From Balanoglossus misakiensis (lineage: Eukaryota; Animalia; Hemichordata), in contig CM082582.2 in the NCBI GenBank assembly GCA_040954595.2, forward strand, positions 10,407,483-10,471,482: DNA of 64,000 bases, in the 5' to 3' direction. Position 1 is the stretch's first letter. Every line of letters begins with the position of its first letter. Both the position numbers and the translations under genes were made by a program. Positions 18,071 to 30,654 of the stretch are shown here, in pieces. The notes beneath the pieces are model-generated. The model saw only the letters and a list, made by a program, of their open reading frames with translations, was not told where the DNA came from and did no database searches.

Positions 18071-21000
18071 ATGGATGTTGGAGAACTATTAACTTACCAG
18101 GTGAGATAAAAACATGTGAATTCTTTAATGAAAATAACAAGATGTAGGCGAACCGTGATGTGTATGTGAACCTTACACTCTTATGTGGCCATACATAATG
18201 AAATATGATAAATTCGACGAACTGTGCACGTCTGGGCTGCACAAAAGCTCTGTCGACAGTCTGCATACATCATTACATCATGATGCAGTATGTACCTATA
18301 TAGTCAATATCAAACAATATATCCTTTTTGACTGAAGGACATTGTGACAAGGCAACTCTTCAGAATTGAAAGAAATTGTTTCAAAGTTGTAATACTTTGT
18401 GTCACTCTTTCCACAATCAGCCGGACAAACCACTTAAACGAAAACGAGAAGAAAATGGCCAGGCCAGTAACAACTCTGGGGCAAGCAAATCAAGAGACCG
18501 AAGTATCGGTGTCAGGGATGCCAGGCAGACTGATGACATTACCCAGGGTGCTGTTGGTGGGGTCAGTGAAGAAGAGAGAGAAAGAATATTGAAGATGGTT
18601 GATGAGGAGCCTGAGGTAATGTGAAGATCTTGCACTGTAAGATTTGACTCTGTTGAGTGAGCAGAGCTTGAGAGATCCAAATCTTGACTATGCGGTGTGG
18701 CCAATTAGTAGTCACAGTGATTGATCAGTGAGATGGCATATGCCTAGGTGTACCTACTATCTAAATGCACATGTCAAACTAATATGCATCTTCCACTTTA
18801 CACTTACAGGCAGAGTCACTCGATGAAACGACACTCAGAAGACTACTTCTGTCTTTTGAAAAGAAAACTTTTAAAAATCAGGAAATGAGAATCAAATTCC
18901 CAGACCAACCTGAAAAGTGAGTCCAGTTTCTTCTTCTTTACTACTATTTTCTTCCAACGTAGGCCGACTGTCTTTTAAGCTCTCTGGATTGAATGTTGTA
19001 TGAAACTGGAGAAAGTTTGGGTACAGATAATGATTGACCATCCAAACAAATATGTTACTTGTATTAACTGGTACATGTATTTTGTTCATTTAAGTTTTAA
19101 CTGCAAGAAAAATTGCTAATTCAGTTCTGATTCTGTCTCACAGATTCATGGAATCAGAGATCAGTTTGAACGACGTCATCCAGGAGATGCACGTGATAGC
19201 CACAGTACCTGATCTCTACCACCACGTAGTTGAACTGAATGGCGTGCAGTCGCTGTTAGGGTTACTCACACACGACAACACAGACATATCCGTGGCAACG
19301 GTGGACTTGCTGCAGGAAATGACAGATGTAGACACTCTCAACGAGAGTGAGGAAGGAGCCACAGCTTTGATTGACAGCCTGGTAGGTTTTTTTCTTTACA
19401 TCTGAATGTCAGGAGCAATGTTTGAGTTGGTATATTTTTGTTGAAAACTTGAAATGTGAGGAACTGTTTCACGATACAGCCCTGTTGTTAATATGGATGT
19501 GATCATTCTCACGCTTAAAGCCAGTGTCTAGTGTTTGTTATTATAATGCATTTGTGAAACCTTTTCTCTCATTTCAGTTGGATAACCAAGTGGTGGCCAC
19601 TATAGTTCAGAACCTGGACAGACTTGATGAGGGCGTCAAGGAGGAAAGCGATGGTGTTCACAATTCATTAGGTAGGTTTAGGCACATGGACAACCTACAC
19701 AGTTTTGCAGTGGAATTGTTTCTGTGAATGTTAAGCTAAGCACATTCTATTTCTTTCTCTTGTTTTTTTTTATGGTAGGTGTAGTTGAAAATGTTTTAGA
19801 ATTTCGTCCAGGGGTGGCCGCAGAGGCAGCGAGACAGGGCTTGATGCAGTGGCTGTTGAAGAGAATCAAGGCCAAAATGCCATTCGATGCAAATAAATTA
19901 TATTGCAGTGAAATTTTAGCGATTCTGGTACAGAATGTAGATGGTAAGTATGCTTGTTATTTCCTGAGTAAATCAAAATTGTGTGTCATTTTCAATGGCA
20001 TTGAGAAGCTTCTTTTCTGTAATATATTTGTAGACTGAGTGTGAACATTGATCAACAAACGAACATTGGAAAAGGCTGTTAAATGAATTCGCATCCTGAA
20101 CATACTATAATATGTTTATTTTTTTTCAGAAAACCGTGAACTTTTAGGTGAACTAGATGGCATTGACACATTATTACAACAGTTAGCTGTAAGTAGTAAA
20201 CTTTTTATTATTCATTGTTCCAAGTTCAGGGTTGGGGTTGTGGGTTGGCACTCAATTCATCCTCACATCTGTGCAGGTTTTTATGTATCATGCCCCAGCC
20301 TGTTTCAGAATCTTATAGCAACACAATTTCTTGCTTTCTAATACCATTTTTCTCTCTCTGATATGGCATGTACTTGAAGACTTTTAAACGACATGATCCT
20401 GCATCAAACGAAGAATTAGAAATGATGGAGAATCTGTTTGATTGTATGTGTTCGGCCCTGATGCTGTCTTCGAACAGAGAGCGATTCTTGCAAGGTGAAG
20501 GACTTCAGCTGATGAACCTGATGCTCAGGTGAGAAGTGACAGATTTTAAGTGATTTTTCAAACTCGAACTTCAGAACAACTCTTTCATTTCTGGAGTTGT
20601 TTTGTCAGCAACTGTAACCAATTCCCACCATGGTTACCTACGTTGCTTAAAGGGAGAAAACTATAACATTTTTCAATCACTCGTTGCTTCCAGGGAAAAG
20701 AAATTGTCAAGAAGCAGTGCACTGAAGGTGTTGGACCACGCCATGTCAGGGTCAGAAGGCACCGATAACTGCACGAAATTTATCGAGATTCTGGGACTTC
20801 GATCGATCTTCCCGCTGTTCATGAAGACGCCAAAGAAGTACAAGAAAGGGCCCTCAGAAGCAGAACACGAAGGTGGGTAGAATCTTATCACAATCTCATC
20901 TGTGACATCCCACCAACACTAGAACAATTTCTGACAACAAATTCTGCTGCCATTTTTCCTCAGAACATTCAGTCTCAGTCATCGCCTCTCTGATTCGCAA

Positions 21001-21752
21001 CTGCACTGGGGCTCACCGGCAGAGACTCCTGGGTAAATTCACGGAGAGTGACCACGCCAAAGTTGACAGGCTGATGGAGATTCACTTCAAATACTTGGAT
21101 AAAGTGCAGTCATGTGACACCCAGATAGAAAGGGAAAAACAGGTGAGGGCTGGGTGAGGAAAAAATTGTCAATTTGACATGATTACTGCATTGAAAACTA
21201 TTGTTAAGTCTCCTGCAAATGGTTTGTGTAGATCCGTGAAGCGTTGATTATCGCTCACCCATTGTATTTCTAATTGCTCAACAGAAAATCCGTCGCAGTG
21301 GTGGAGAGGTGGATGATGACATGGACAGTGAATTCTACCTGCGTCGCCTGGACGCTGGCCTGTTTACACTGCAGCTTGTAGATTACATCATGATAGAGAT
21401 TTGTAATGCTGGGATACATTCAATCAAACAGCGAATCATACAGATTTTGAATCTGAGAGGAGGCTCCATCACAGCCATAAGGAATGTTGTTAGAGGTGAG
21501 CTCCCGAGAACTCGGGTCTAGACCCCCATTCATTCACATGTCAATAGCAGCAATGCACTTTCACACAAGCCACCAAGCACATTCATGTTGCATCTAGGTT
21601 TTTGACAGCATAATCGCAAGTTTACTAACCTTGCAACTTTTCTTCACCTCCATCTCTTCACAGAATACGCTGGCAATATTGGAGACGCCAAGAGTAAAGA
21701 CAGTGCTGATGCTGAGAGGCAGAGACTGCTGGCCCTGGTTGATAAATTCTAG
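18071..21752 (+). CDS. CTNNBL1: Beta-catenin-like protein 1 (PRP19/CDC5L complex), multi-exon
   Basis: Exon 1 MDVGELLTYQ (18071-18100); NQEMRIKFPDQPEKFMESE; LLTHDNTDISVATVDLLQEMTD; FDANKLYCSEILAIL; GEGLQLMNLMLREKK; FYLRRLDAGLFTLQLVDYI; stop TAG 21750-21752. Confidence 0.97.
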
Positions 21753-21833
21753 CACACGTGGAATTTGTCACAATTCAAGACTGATCTCACTCAGTGTATC
21801 CACATCACTGCCTTTCTCAATCGTAAACAGTCA

Positions 21834-22319
21834 TTTTTAGCTCCCATGTGCACATGCAGAAGCTAATGTTTTACCGCATGTCCGTCTGTGTGTGTGTGTC
21901 TGCTAGTCTGTGTCAATATCTGAAGAATGGTTGATCATATTTCAACCAGATTTTGTGGACAGGTATTGATTTGAGATGGCCAGACCCGATTAGATTTTGG
22001 TGGGTGCGTTGGCTTGCATATTGGTGAAATTATCCTAGATCAATCTTTTTTCTCATAGTGGTTGCCTATTGAGATCACATATATAACAAACTTTTGCAAT
22101 TAGTCCTATAAGTCAAGCCTTACTGTACCAAATGCGAAGAAACTTGCTAGAGATAGCTTAGACAGTATGAAGAGATATTTTAGTCAATAAACTTCAAATT
22201 TGTATATTTAATTAATTAGTGATGTATTCTAAAGTTGCAGCAACAAACAGGATGAAAAAATGCACATTTTTTTCGTACCATTATAAAATGCTAGTATGCC
22301 CTCTGCAAGTCTTTCTTGT
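21834..22319 (+). mobile_element. Degenerate non-autonomous Helentron-associated (HINE/DINE-1-like) element
   Basis: Starts in a T run with a hairpin TTAGCT...CATGTGCACATG...AGCTAA, followed by ATGTTTT, a GTCC/GTCT/GT microsatellite, a core ending GACCCGATTAGATTTTGGTG, and a decayed 3' end GTATGCCCTCTGCAAGTCTTTCTTGT. This layout is typical of HINEs; the 3' boundary is approximate. Confidence 0.6.
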
Positions 22320-22819
22320 GTAAGTCCATGGTACTGACAGAGGTGTTGGTGTCAGAATGAGAAAATCACTTCCATCAACCTATTTCTGTCATGTGCATTC
22401 CACTGCACTTGCAGGGATGTTGTTGCTGGGTTGCGTTGATGGTGAGAGAAATTTGGCAGGAGCATGTCAAAGCATGTTGAAATGTCATGATGGAGTTGAT
22501 GGGTGAAGTATTTGAAAGAAATGGACGAAGGGGACATGATGTCAAAATCATGGAATGGAATCCCTTTATTTTTATTTCTAATATCGAACAGTTTATGATT
22601 TGAAATGTACAAGTCACTAAAAAATGAAACGTGTAGAGAAATTGTTTTGCGCGATTGTATTTGACGCAAATTCAATGATTGGTGCGATAGAATCTAGAAC
22701 ATGCTTAACCAATCGTAGGTCAGAATGTCAATGAGGATATTTCTACAGTTTTGATCACAACATCTGGGTAAACTGTGCTGCTGTACTGGCGTGAACACAG
22801 AGAATCCATCGTTATGATT

Positions 22820-22916
22820 GGATTTGTGGACAGAAAAGACCAGCTGTGTGGATTTGTGGACGGAAATGACGGGCTGTACGGTTTTGTGGACGGAAATGAC
22901 GGGCTGTACGGTTTTG
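22820..22916. repeat. 30-bp tandem repeat, about 3 copies
   Basis: TTTGTGGACGGAAATGACGGGCTGTACGGT twice plus a diverged copy. Confidence 0.9.
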
Positions 22917-23757
22917 TTCTTCACTGAAACCGGGATGAACTCTGAACACTGGTGAATGGAAAAGAGAAAAATATGATGTGCTGTTAAGGTTCTTAAACTA
23001 TGTACATGTGTGGTGAATTATGATTATGGTAACGCAGGGTCATGGAAATATGCTCAGCCTGGTAGAAAATGATGGTTGGTGCAAAGGTAGCCTGTAAAAT
23101 GAGCGAAATGGGCGTTATTATCTGCATCGATGGCGTAGCACATTCTCTGTCGTCACTGAATGGTGGCCAATCGATTGGTCATTCCAGGTCACATGTCACA
23201 TTTAAATTGTTTGGCGGAAATTTCGTGGTCCCGTGTAAAGTCACTGGTGTCTGCATGTATATGTTGCTTGTATAAAATACAGGTGGAAAAAAGTTCATTA
23301 AAAAGTACTGTGATAAAAATTAAACTGACTTCTCAGAGAGTAAAGAAATGTCATATGCCGGTATTCGGCAATCGTTTGCACTTTAAAAATTTGAATATTG
23401 TTCAACTAAGTTTTGCGAATTTAATATTCGTCAATCATTCTTTTAGAGCTATACTGAGACAAAATATAAAGTTCGCAAATTTTGCGAAAGTGTGTGATAA
23501 TTAGACCAGTGGCATAGATTCCTACCAATTATCGCGATATCGCATCTTGATGTCCAAGTTTTCTAACGGAATCTCGCGTAATAGCAAAATACTCGAATTC
23601 AAAGATCGACGAAATTGAAACAAATGTGAGCAAGATGCGATCGTTGACCAGGGCACGTGAAAAATATTCCTGCATCATTAGTTTTCTAGAAAAAAATGGG
23701 TCTGACTCTTTCTTTTTCTAGCAACATTAACGTCGACACCCAACGACTTTACCGAGG

Positions 23758-26700
23758 CTACGAACCCCACTGTCCCATAGTGTACCCGGGGACCCCAAGC
23801 ACGCTCCTCACTTGGGGTTGTCGTTCCTTGTAGGAAAAGTCATAATTCCTGTCCCTCCTCGACTCGCCCCTCCGCGGTATCTTCTTCAACAGCGGTTCGA
23901 GTTCTGGGCCCAGCAGGGCCGACTTCGTCTTCGCCGTGAACCTCTTGAGCGGGGTCCCGTCGATGCCGATGATGAATTTCTCGAAATTCCACGTGATGTC
24001 CGATCTCAGCACCGGCCGCCAGGTGATGTCGCGCGGGTCCTTGGCGAACGTGGCCACGTCGTCCGTCGGCAGCGGGAGCCGCTGTTTGAGATACTCGAAC
24101 ACCGGGTGTGTCCTGTCGCCGTTGACGTCACACTTGGCCATGACGTGGAAACGGGCCTCAAAGTTCCGCCCAGGCCGAACGAATTTCAGACACTGGGCTA
24201 TCTCTTCGTTGTCCCATGATTCCTTGCCTCCGAACTGATCGCACGGAAAAGCCAAGACGACGAGACCTTTAGCGCCGTGGTTGGTTACCAAATCGTTTAG
24301 CTGGAAAGTGATAAATTAATAGAAATATCATTACAACCTGAGTATCTTGTAATGGTTTTCAGGGTACGTGCCACCCATATCCTGGAATCAACAAGTGGTC
24401 ATGCAGTTACCGCGCGCCTTCCATGAGTTTGCCCACCCAACGTAAATAATGCACACTCCCTTACAAGAAATTTACCAAACGTACACTCGTCGGATATCGT
24501 ACAGCCTTGGTAACCGAAAATTCCATGCAGACATTAACTTGCGCGTATTACATCAAAGGGAAGGCTTAAAATTAGAAAGTTCGTTACGCATGAATAAAAT
24601 ATACGATTGCTCAGCAATTTGATGCTATTCAAACTCAATAAACAGAGGGTAATATGCCCAGCGTTAAGTTTTTCTGAATGAGAGCAAATTAATTTTACAT
24701 AAAATTCAATGCAGTCCATTTTACAGTCGCATTGAAGTAATTTCCTGATCGTGCTTTGATTTTCTTATTGGATTTAAGTTTTTCAATGGCAAATTTATCT
24801 CGCGTGAAAAATTGGAGGGATACTGGCTGCATAAAATGAATATGAGATTACGAATAGCAATATGAGAGCTCGGGAATTTTTTATGCCAGGAGTATATCTT
24901 TCTTAGATTCAGGAACAGGCATACATAGTCGGAATGGAATTCTGCTGCGGCAAGTGAAGGAAAATTGATCGATGTATTTGTAGAATCTACACGTATGTCC
25001 CGGTGGCATTAACTGCATGTAATTCTACCCGAAGGCGAATTTTACAACAACATAAAATCTCCATTATTCGATGTCGGTCGTGTTAAAATCAACATTTCAA
25101 GCTACTTGCCGTGTTTACCTGCGTGTCTCGCTCTTTTCATTAATATCGCGTCTTCTTATGAACTCTGAAAAACTGCAAAGATTTTTAATAACTACAGCAG
25201 TGTCGAATTTTCTGCTTTATTTGGGTACAATCATCAAATGTAATTTCGAAGCATCTCTGAAGAATATTAATGCAATTCTCGCCTGCATAGACAGCAGACA
25301 GTCTATGGTCCCAGAAAGAAACCGAGTTTGAGATTAACTCTTCCGAAATGCGTCTCGGAAATCGTCGTGATATTTCGGGTTAGCTTTTAACCTTGCGTAT
25401 CTTCATCCATACTTGAGTGCTTGAAAGTTTCCATGTTTGTAACGTGAACGCCTGAAATCAATCAGCATGTTTTTGCAATACAGACACGTCTTTCACACTT
25501 TTACGAAACGATTGTAAAATGCTTTACCACGCTTGACAGCATACAGAGGGTCCATGATATTATCGATGATTGGCACGAGATTTGAAAGTGTTCTCAATCA
25601 ATGATATGACGTCGGTAGGGACGCAGCCGCGAGCGCGTCGTGGGTTTTTTTTGGTCGTCACACGGCAACCGTACACTTTGTCATCCATCACTACGATGCG
25701 CCCTGCAACCTAACTAAATTTGACAACGAATTCAGGTCAGCATTCGCGTATCCAAACACCAACTCGGTCTCGCAGAAAATCACGGACGCAAACAGATGAG
25801 CCGAAAGCCACGGGGTGCAATGAATAAAAAATTATACGGAAAGTAGAGGATTTAATTCTGTATCCATGGATACCAATCCGTGAGAAATACGACGGAAGCT
25901 GCCTGCAAGGTGTGGATGACACACTTAGCATTTGAACTTTACAAACGACGTGGAAATGAATCGACACCGACAAAGAGAAAGTAAAACTCTAGCCGTCAGT
26001 GATCAGCAGAACTTCGGAGGACGGTGACAACTTCAGTTGAATTAGGAGCGACTCAGTGGACAGCTGCATGCACACTTTGTGAGAATTTGCGAATTTTATT
26101 GCGACGCGGTTATCAATCAAAAGCGAATTGCAAATTTATTGCGTTTTAGTAACGATTAACTTGATGTGGGGTTTATCACTTTTTAAACTACTCGTGAATT
26201 TATGCTTACACGCATTCTATGTGCACGTGAGTTGTTTTGACAGATAGGCAATATTGTGAATGGTATTTCCAGATTGAAATGTCGAGATGTACGAGATTTT
26301 TAAAGGTGTGGGTTACTCCTTTATTCTTTGCTGCTCACCGGAAAATCATAGTTACCATGACAGCAGAGTTCACCGGCGCAACCGTGCGGTCGCTAATGGA
26401 CTAATTTAATAACTATACTTAGAGATTTGAGCGCAATGTTCCGTAAATGCCTATTTTCAAAGAAATCGCTTGAATGTGGCAATTCATCGGAACGAAACTT
26501 GACACCCCATCTTCATCTCTCCGGGTTCAGATGGAATCGAGTCGAGCCCGACACCACATTTGTGGACTTCCGACCCAAATTTCCTTTAAGTGCGAAATTT
26601 TCCGAGTGCGTGAGTGACAGCCACTTCGTTCAGGCGCGGACAAGTATTTGATGCAAATGTGAAACACGTATCATCGGGCGATCTGGTAGCTTTATTTCGC

Positions 26701-29012
26701 TTCGTTGATGTTACGCACACAACTGTCAAAACGCATCTAGGTTTTGCCGTAAAGAGGACAGGGGTTTATGGCGCCGACGGTGTAATGCATGCTAATATGT
26801 TCCTTCAGATGAAAGTTGGGAAATACAGTATGACCTCAAGTTGCCATGGTAACGGTTTGGTATAATCAATCCGACCTCAAGTTCACGTCATGTGCATTGT
26901 TTTGAAAGAGTAGTGATTGTACTAATATAACATTCTCATTATTGAAAAAAAACATTGTAATAGCAATAATAAACATTTTGCTAACTGTTTTTTTCTAAGT
27001 ATGCGGTCACGTTAGGGATCCTTTTAAATTTGTCCCTATCCTACAGGCGCACTATTGATTAATGAGCAGAACAAATATGATTCGAATCGATATATTATTA
27101 AATAAAGAACATGAAGTCGTTTTTTTTCATTCAGTGTCGCGTGATCTTTGAATGTTGTCATGGCGATAACTGTCTGCATCACGCTTGCGGCGGAGCTGTC
27201 TTATACTTCAGGATTTGTCCGCGGCACCACTTGTCAAATCTGTGATTAATCGCAAATTTACCGTAACAGTGTGCGTCATTGCGTAATTGCATTACCGCTG
27301 ACTTGTCAACAATTTGCTGAATCCGGTATTCCCGGGAGCAACAGCTATATACAGGGAGGAGGAAACAGAATCTCACACCATTGTACAATATCCCTGCATA
27401 TGTCACGTGACTCGGTGTCCATTTCATAGCGCCATGTGTACACACGCTGCCAGAAAATGGACTCGGTAAATGTTGACATTTCACTTTGTCAGTTTAACTA
27501 CATGTCATTATTTTTTTTCAATAATTGGAAAATAATCGACAAAATGTTATGCTTTCCAATTACTGTCCATTTTAATCAAACAGCAGATGTGAAGTGACCA
27601 GTATCTATGCCTCTGTCATCATTTGGTCAGCAAAAATTAAAAAATGGACGATACACAACTAAATTTTCAAAGATTCTTACTTTTACAGGTTTGCTGCCCG
27701 TTTCATTTATTGCACCTGTAAATTTATCAAATCGATTTCAGAGCAATTTTAGGGTTCCGTTCTGCTGCCGATGCTGACAATTAAATTCGGGTTGGTTTCT
27801 GCCAGTAAAGGGCACTGTTTCCTCCTAGCAACCGGCAGATAGTCAACAAAATGCGGTGAATGTGGGAATTTCAAACTCAGGTCGCGGTTTTCTATTGGTG
27901 GGGAAAACGGATCCACGACTCGCCTTAACTGGCCGACGGTTCTTTTTCTTGCGATAATTTGAGTTATCCGCGGTCGGCCCTTCAGGGGCGATGATACAAT
28001 TCTGTTTACGAGGGAAATCTGTCTTCTTTTCGTTCCCAAAGACCACAGAGTCAGGCTGCTGCATTGCTGAATGAATACAGCACCACTTATACGTTCCAAG
28101 CAGCAAATCATGTACAAAATAGCAACGGGAAAATCACACTGGTTTGAACACAAAGGGTGAGATTTAGTTTTATCCGCACAGCGGACAAGACAGTGTGAAA
28201 ATGCGACCTTTTCAAATGCATTCTTACCTGCGATGCCAATTTACAGTGAACCGTTCTGTCGCCGGGAAAGGGGGTATTATTTGGGCAAATTTTTCCTAAA
28301 AGCAGAATTAGTTGGATTGCCGGTGCAAGACACCGCTGTTTCATGCATTATTGGTGTGTATCGCGTATCGACTAAGTGTCATTTTGTTGGTAAATATCAC
28401 AGGGCCAAGAAGGCCTCGAAAAGGGGTAATCTGAGGTCACATCACCGATGACTTTTCTCTCACCTGAAATAACTCCCTCGTAGTGTTCTTGTCGGACGTT
28501 GCTATGTTCGTTACCAGGACGACCTTTCCTTCAAATTTGGCAAAGGGCAGAATGTCTCCATTGATAAGCTGGGCTGACAGTTCGAAGAAAGATTTCACCA
28601 TGGAGACGGGAACCAGCTTTTCGTTCCGCTCGAAGTCCTTCGAGTCCATGGGCGAGGCGGACGACGGGAGCGACGCGGCGATGGGTTTGTAGAGGCCCGG
28701 CATAGAACGCTTCCTTGACTGGTCTGCAGTCCGTCTTATTCCATCTGCTACCGATCCGTGCCTTTTATAAAGGCAACTCAGCCCCGGAAGGGAATTAGCG
28801 GGATCCATTCTCCTGGTGGCGGTATAACCGTTCTCCGTGTCGCTCAGGTGTACCGTCGACGGTCGCTGCATGGATTCCCTCCGGGAAAGACTGGCGGAAA
28901 CCTCGGAATTTCTTGCGGTCGACGAAGAGGCCTCGAATACGTGGGTTGTGTGCGGTCGCTGCAGCTTTCGAGGGGACACTGGCGAGCGACTCGTTTTTTC
29001 ACCACCTGGCAT
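23758..29012 (-). CDS. Glutathione peroxidase 1/2-like protein lacking the catalytic Sec/Cys, 363 aa, 2 coding exons
   Basis: Exon 29012-28464 (ends SFFELSAQLINGDILPFAKFEGKVVLVTNIATSDKNTTRELFQ, donor GTGAGA) joins in phase 0 to exon 24300-23758 (LNDLVTNHGAKGLVVLAFPCDQFGGKE...LKFVRPG...KCDVNG..THPVFEYLK...DITWNFEKFII). Reading frame intact; intron 24301-28463. Confidence 0.9.
26840..26853. promoter_or_regulatory. RFX X-box in the GPX-like gene intron
   Basis: GTTGCCATGGTAAC, a near-perfect match to the X-box palindrome GTTGCCATGGCAAC. Confidence 0.55.
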
Positions 29013-29309
29013 GATGGAGTGACGAAGAAATCGGGGTTCATGAAAAAATTCTCAATAAACTCGGGGATTATTGTCCGCAAACAACCGGATGAAAGGCGTT
29101 AATGCCTTCAAAATGGACAAACAAAACGGACCTCATAAATCACCCGCCAAATAGTCGAAAATCTAACCACCGAAAAGTATTTTAACCATCTCCACAAGTG
29201 CGTCATATTTGTCTGAAGAACGACGAAGCGATGGCGTCCGACCTCTCCGCTGTACTTCAGAGCACTGTGGTTGTATGGTATGTAGGATTCAATACTTGCA
29301 GCGTCGCTC

Positions 29310-29342
29310 GAGTGAACAAATCTACTCCCGAGATCTTATATA
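29310..29342 (-). promoter_or_regulatory. Candidate TATA plus initiator of the GPX-like gene
   Basis: TATATAAG at 29342-29335 (minus) with TCACTC about 29 nt downstream, 300 bp upstream of the ATG. Confidence 0.45.
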
Positions 29343-30654
29343 AACTCCTTTCCACAACGGTTGCCAAAATAAATCCACGGACAGTTTTGTCTGTGAGTGA
29401 CACCGTACACTTGAAGTTGGAACTCTATCGCACACTCCAACTGTTGAACGGCTTTTATGCATATACACACTCTATCAACAGAGAGCAAATATACGCAGTA
29501 ACATGAATAAACTTTCTCTCCGAACCGTGGAATGAAGCCTGCAGTCTACAGCCACCAAGTGCAACTTAACCCACTTTTCGCTTGGTTCATTTCTACACAA
29601 AGTGTATAAATATCCTGTATAGACAATAGTACAAATCCTACACGAAGATTGAATTTCTTTAAAACTTCACACCGGGTAATTAATCCTGGCCGGGGAGAAA
29701 CGTGCAGCGAAAGCTCCTATCCCGACAAAATAAAAATTGCCCTACGATGGGCCGTTAAACTAGCACTTGATATTAACATTGACGTTTTTCACATAAAGTA
29801 AAGTGGATGAAATTACTTATTCATCCACTAATAAGATCTTTGGGGATTAGAAATCTGGTCCATACCACAAATGAAGTTCGTTGTGGTGTGGCCGCAATTT
29901 AGGCCGACGCGTCTATCTCATATTACACAGCACCTGTGGATTGTACGGTGATAGTTGACACCTTGAATACTCTCCCAGAAAGTGCGGATGAGCGTTATAA
30001 GTTTTTTTCTTTTTCGAAGCAAACAGTTACTATAAGGCTGCCTAACTTCCAGGACCAACCAGTCTCTTGCTGCCACAACTGTCAGAATTTTCATGATTTA
30101 ATTTAAAAATTTTGCCCTACACCAAACCAGCCACACCTCTATTTTGTGCATGTTTTACACTCACGAAACAGTATATTAAGGCTTAGTCTCGTCCGGAGAA
30201 AAATACGCCCAATTTTTATTTTACCATATTAACTCAATTAGTTTGAGTTTTGTTTTGTAAGTCCACCTATCTACTGTTGCTACGGAACCATATGTTCCAC
30301 CTTTACCCGCCGTCGGCCATGTTCTTGGTGTTTGCTAGTCACTCAACATTCTTCCAGAATCATGGCAACAACTTGCATGTGCTTGAAATTACTGTTTGGT
30401 TGTGGTCGATATTGATGGGTGCAGTCTAGACTATTCCAATCTCTTTATGGGGGGTGAGCTTAGGGTAATGCGGATTATTCCATTCAGTGTGTGGGTGGTG
30501 ATTGCATCCTGGATCGTCTATACATGTTATGGAGGGAAGTCGCAAGGCTGCCAGGCATTTGCATAATCAAACATTATTGGACATCTTGGTAAATAAATAG
30601 TTTATTCATTGATACAGATTACATCTGTGTAATGATGCATTACAATGTAGTATA

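Noticed and set aside
18319-18328. Perfect U12 5' splice site ATATCCTTTT inside CTNNBL1 intron 1
   Set aside because: No matching branch point and AC acceptor found, the GT-AG intron already gives the conserved protein, and such an AT-rich 10-mer can arise by chance.
22740-22770. Insulin A-chain-like CCxxxC motif (RCCDQNC)
   Set aside because: Lacks the fourth Cys eight residues later, a B chain and dibasic cleavage sites.
23300-23757. SECIS element downstream of the GPX-like gene
   Set aside because: No convincing ATGA...AA...GA kink-turn hairpin by eye, and the CDS has no in-frame TGA to recode.
23812-24238. Plus-strand ORFs over GPX-like exon 2
   Set aside because: Antisense shadows of a GC-rich coding exon.
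24534-28451. Nested ORFs in the GPX-like intron
   Set aside because: No homology, mostly non-ATG starts, no coherent exon chain; no second U/C-containing GPX exon was seen.
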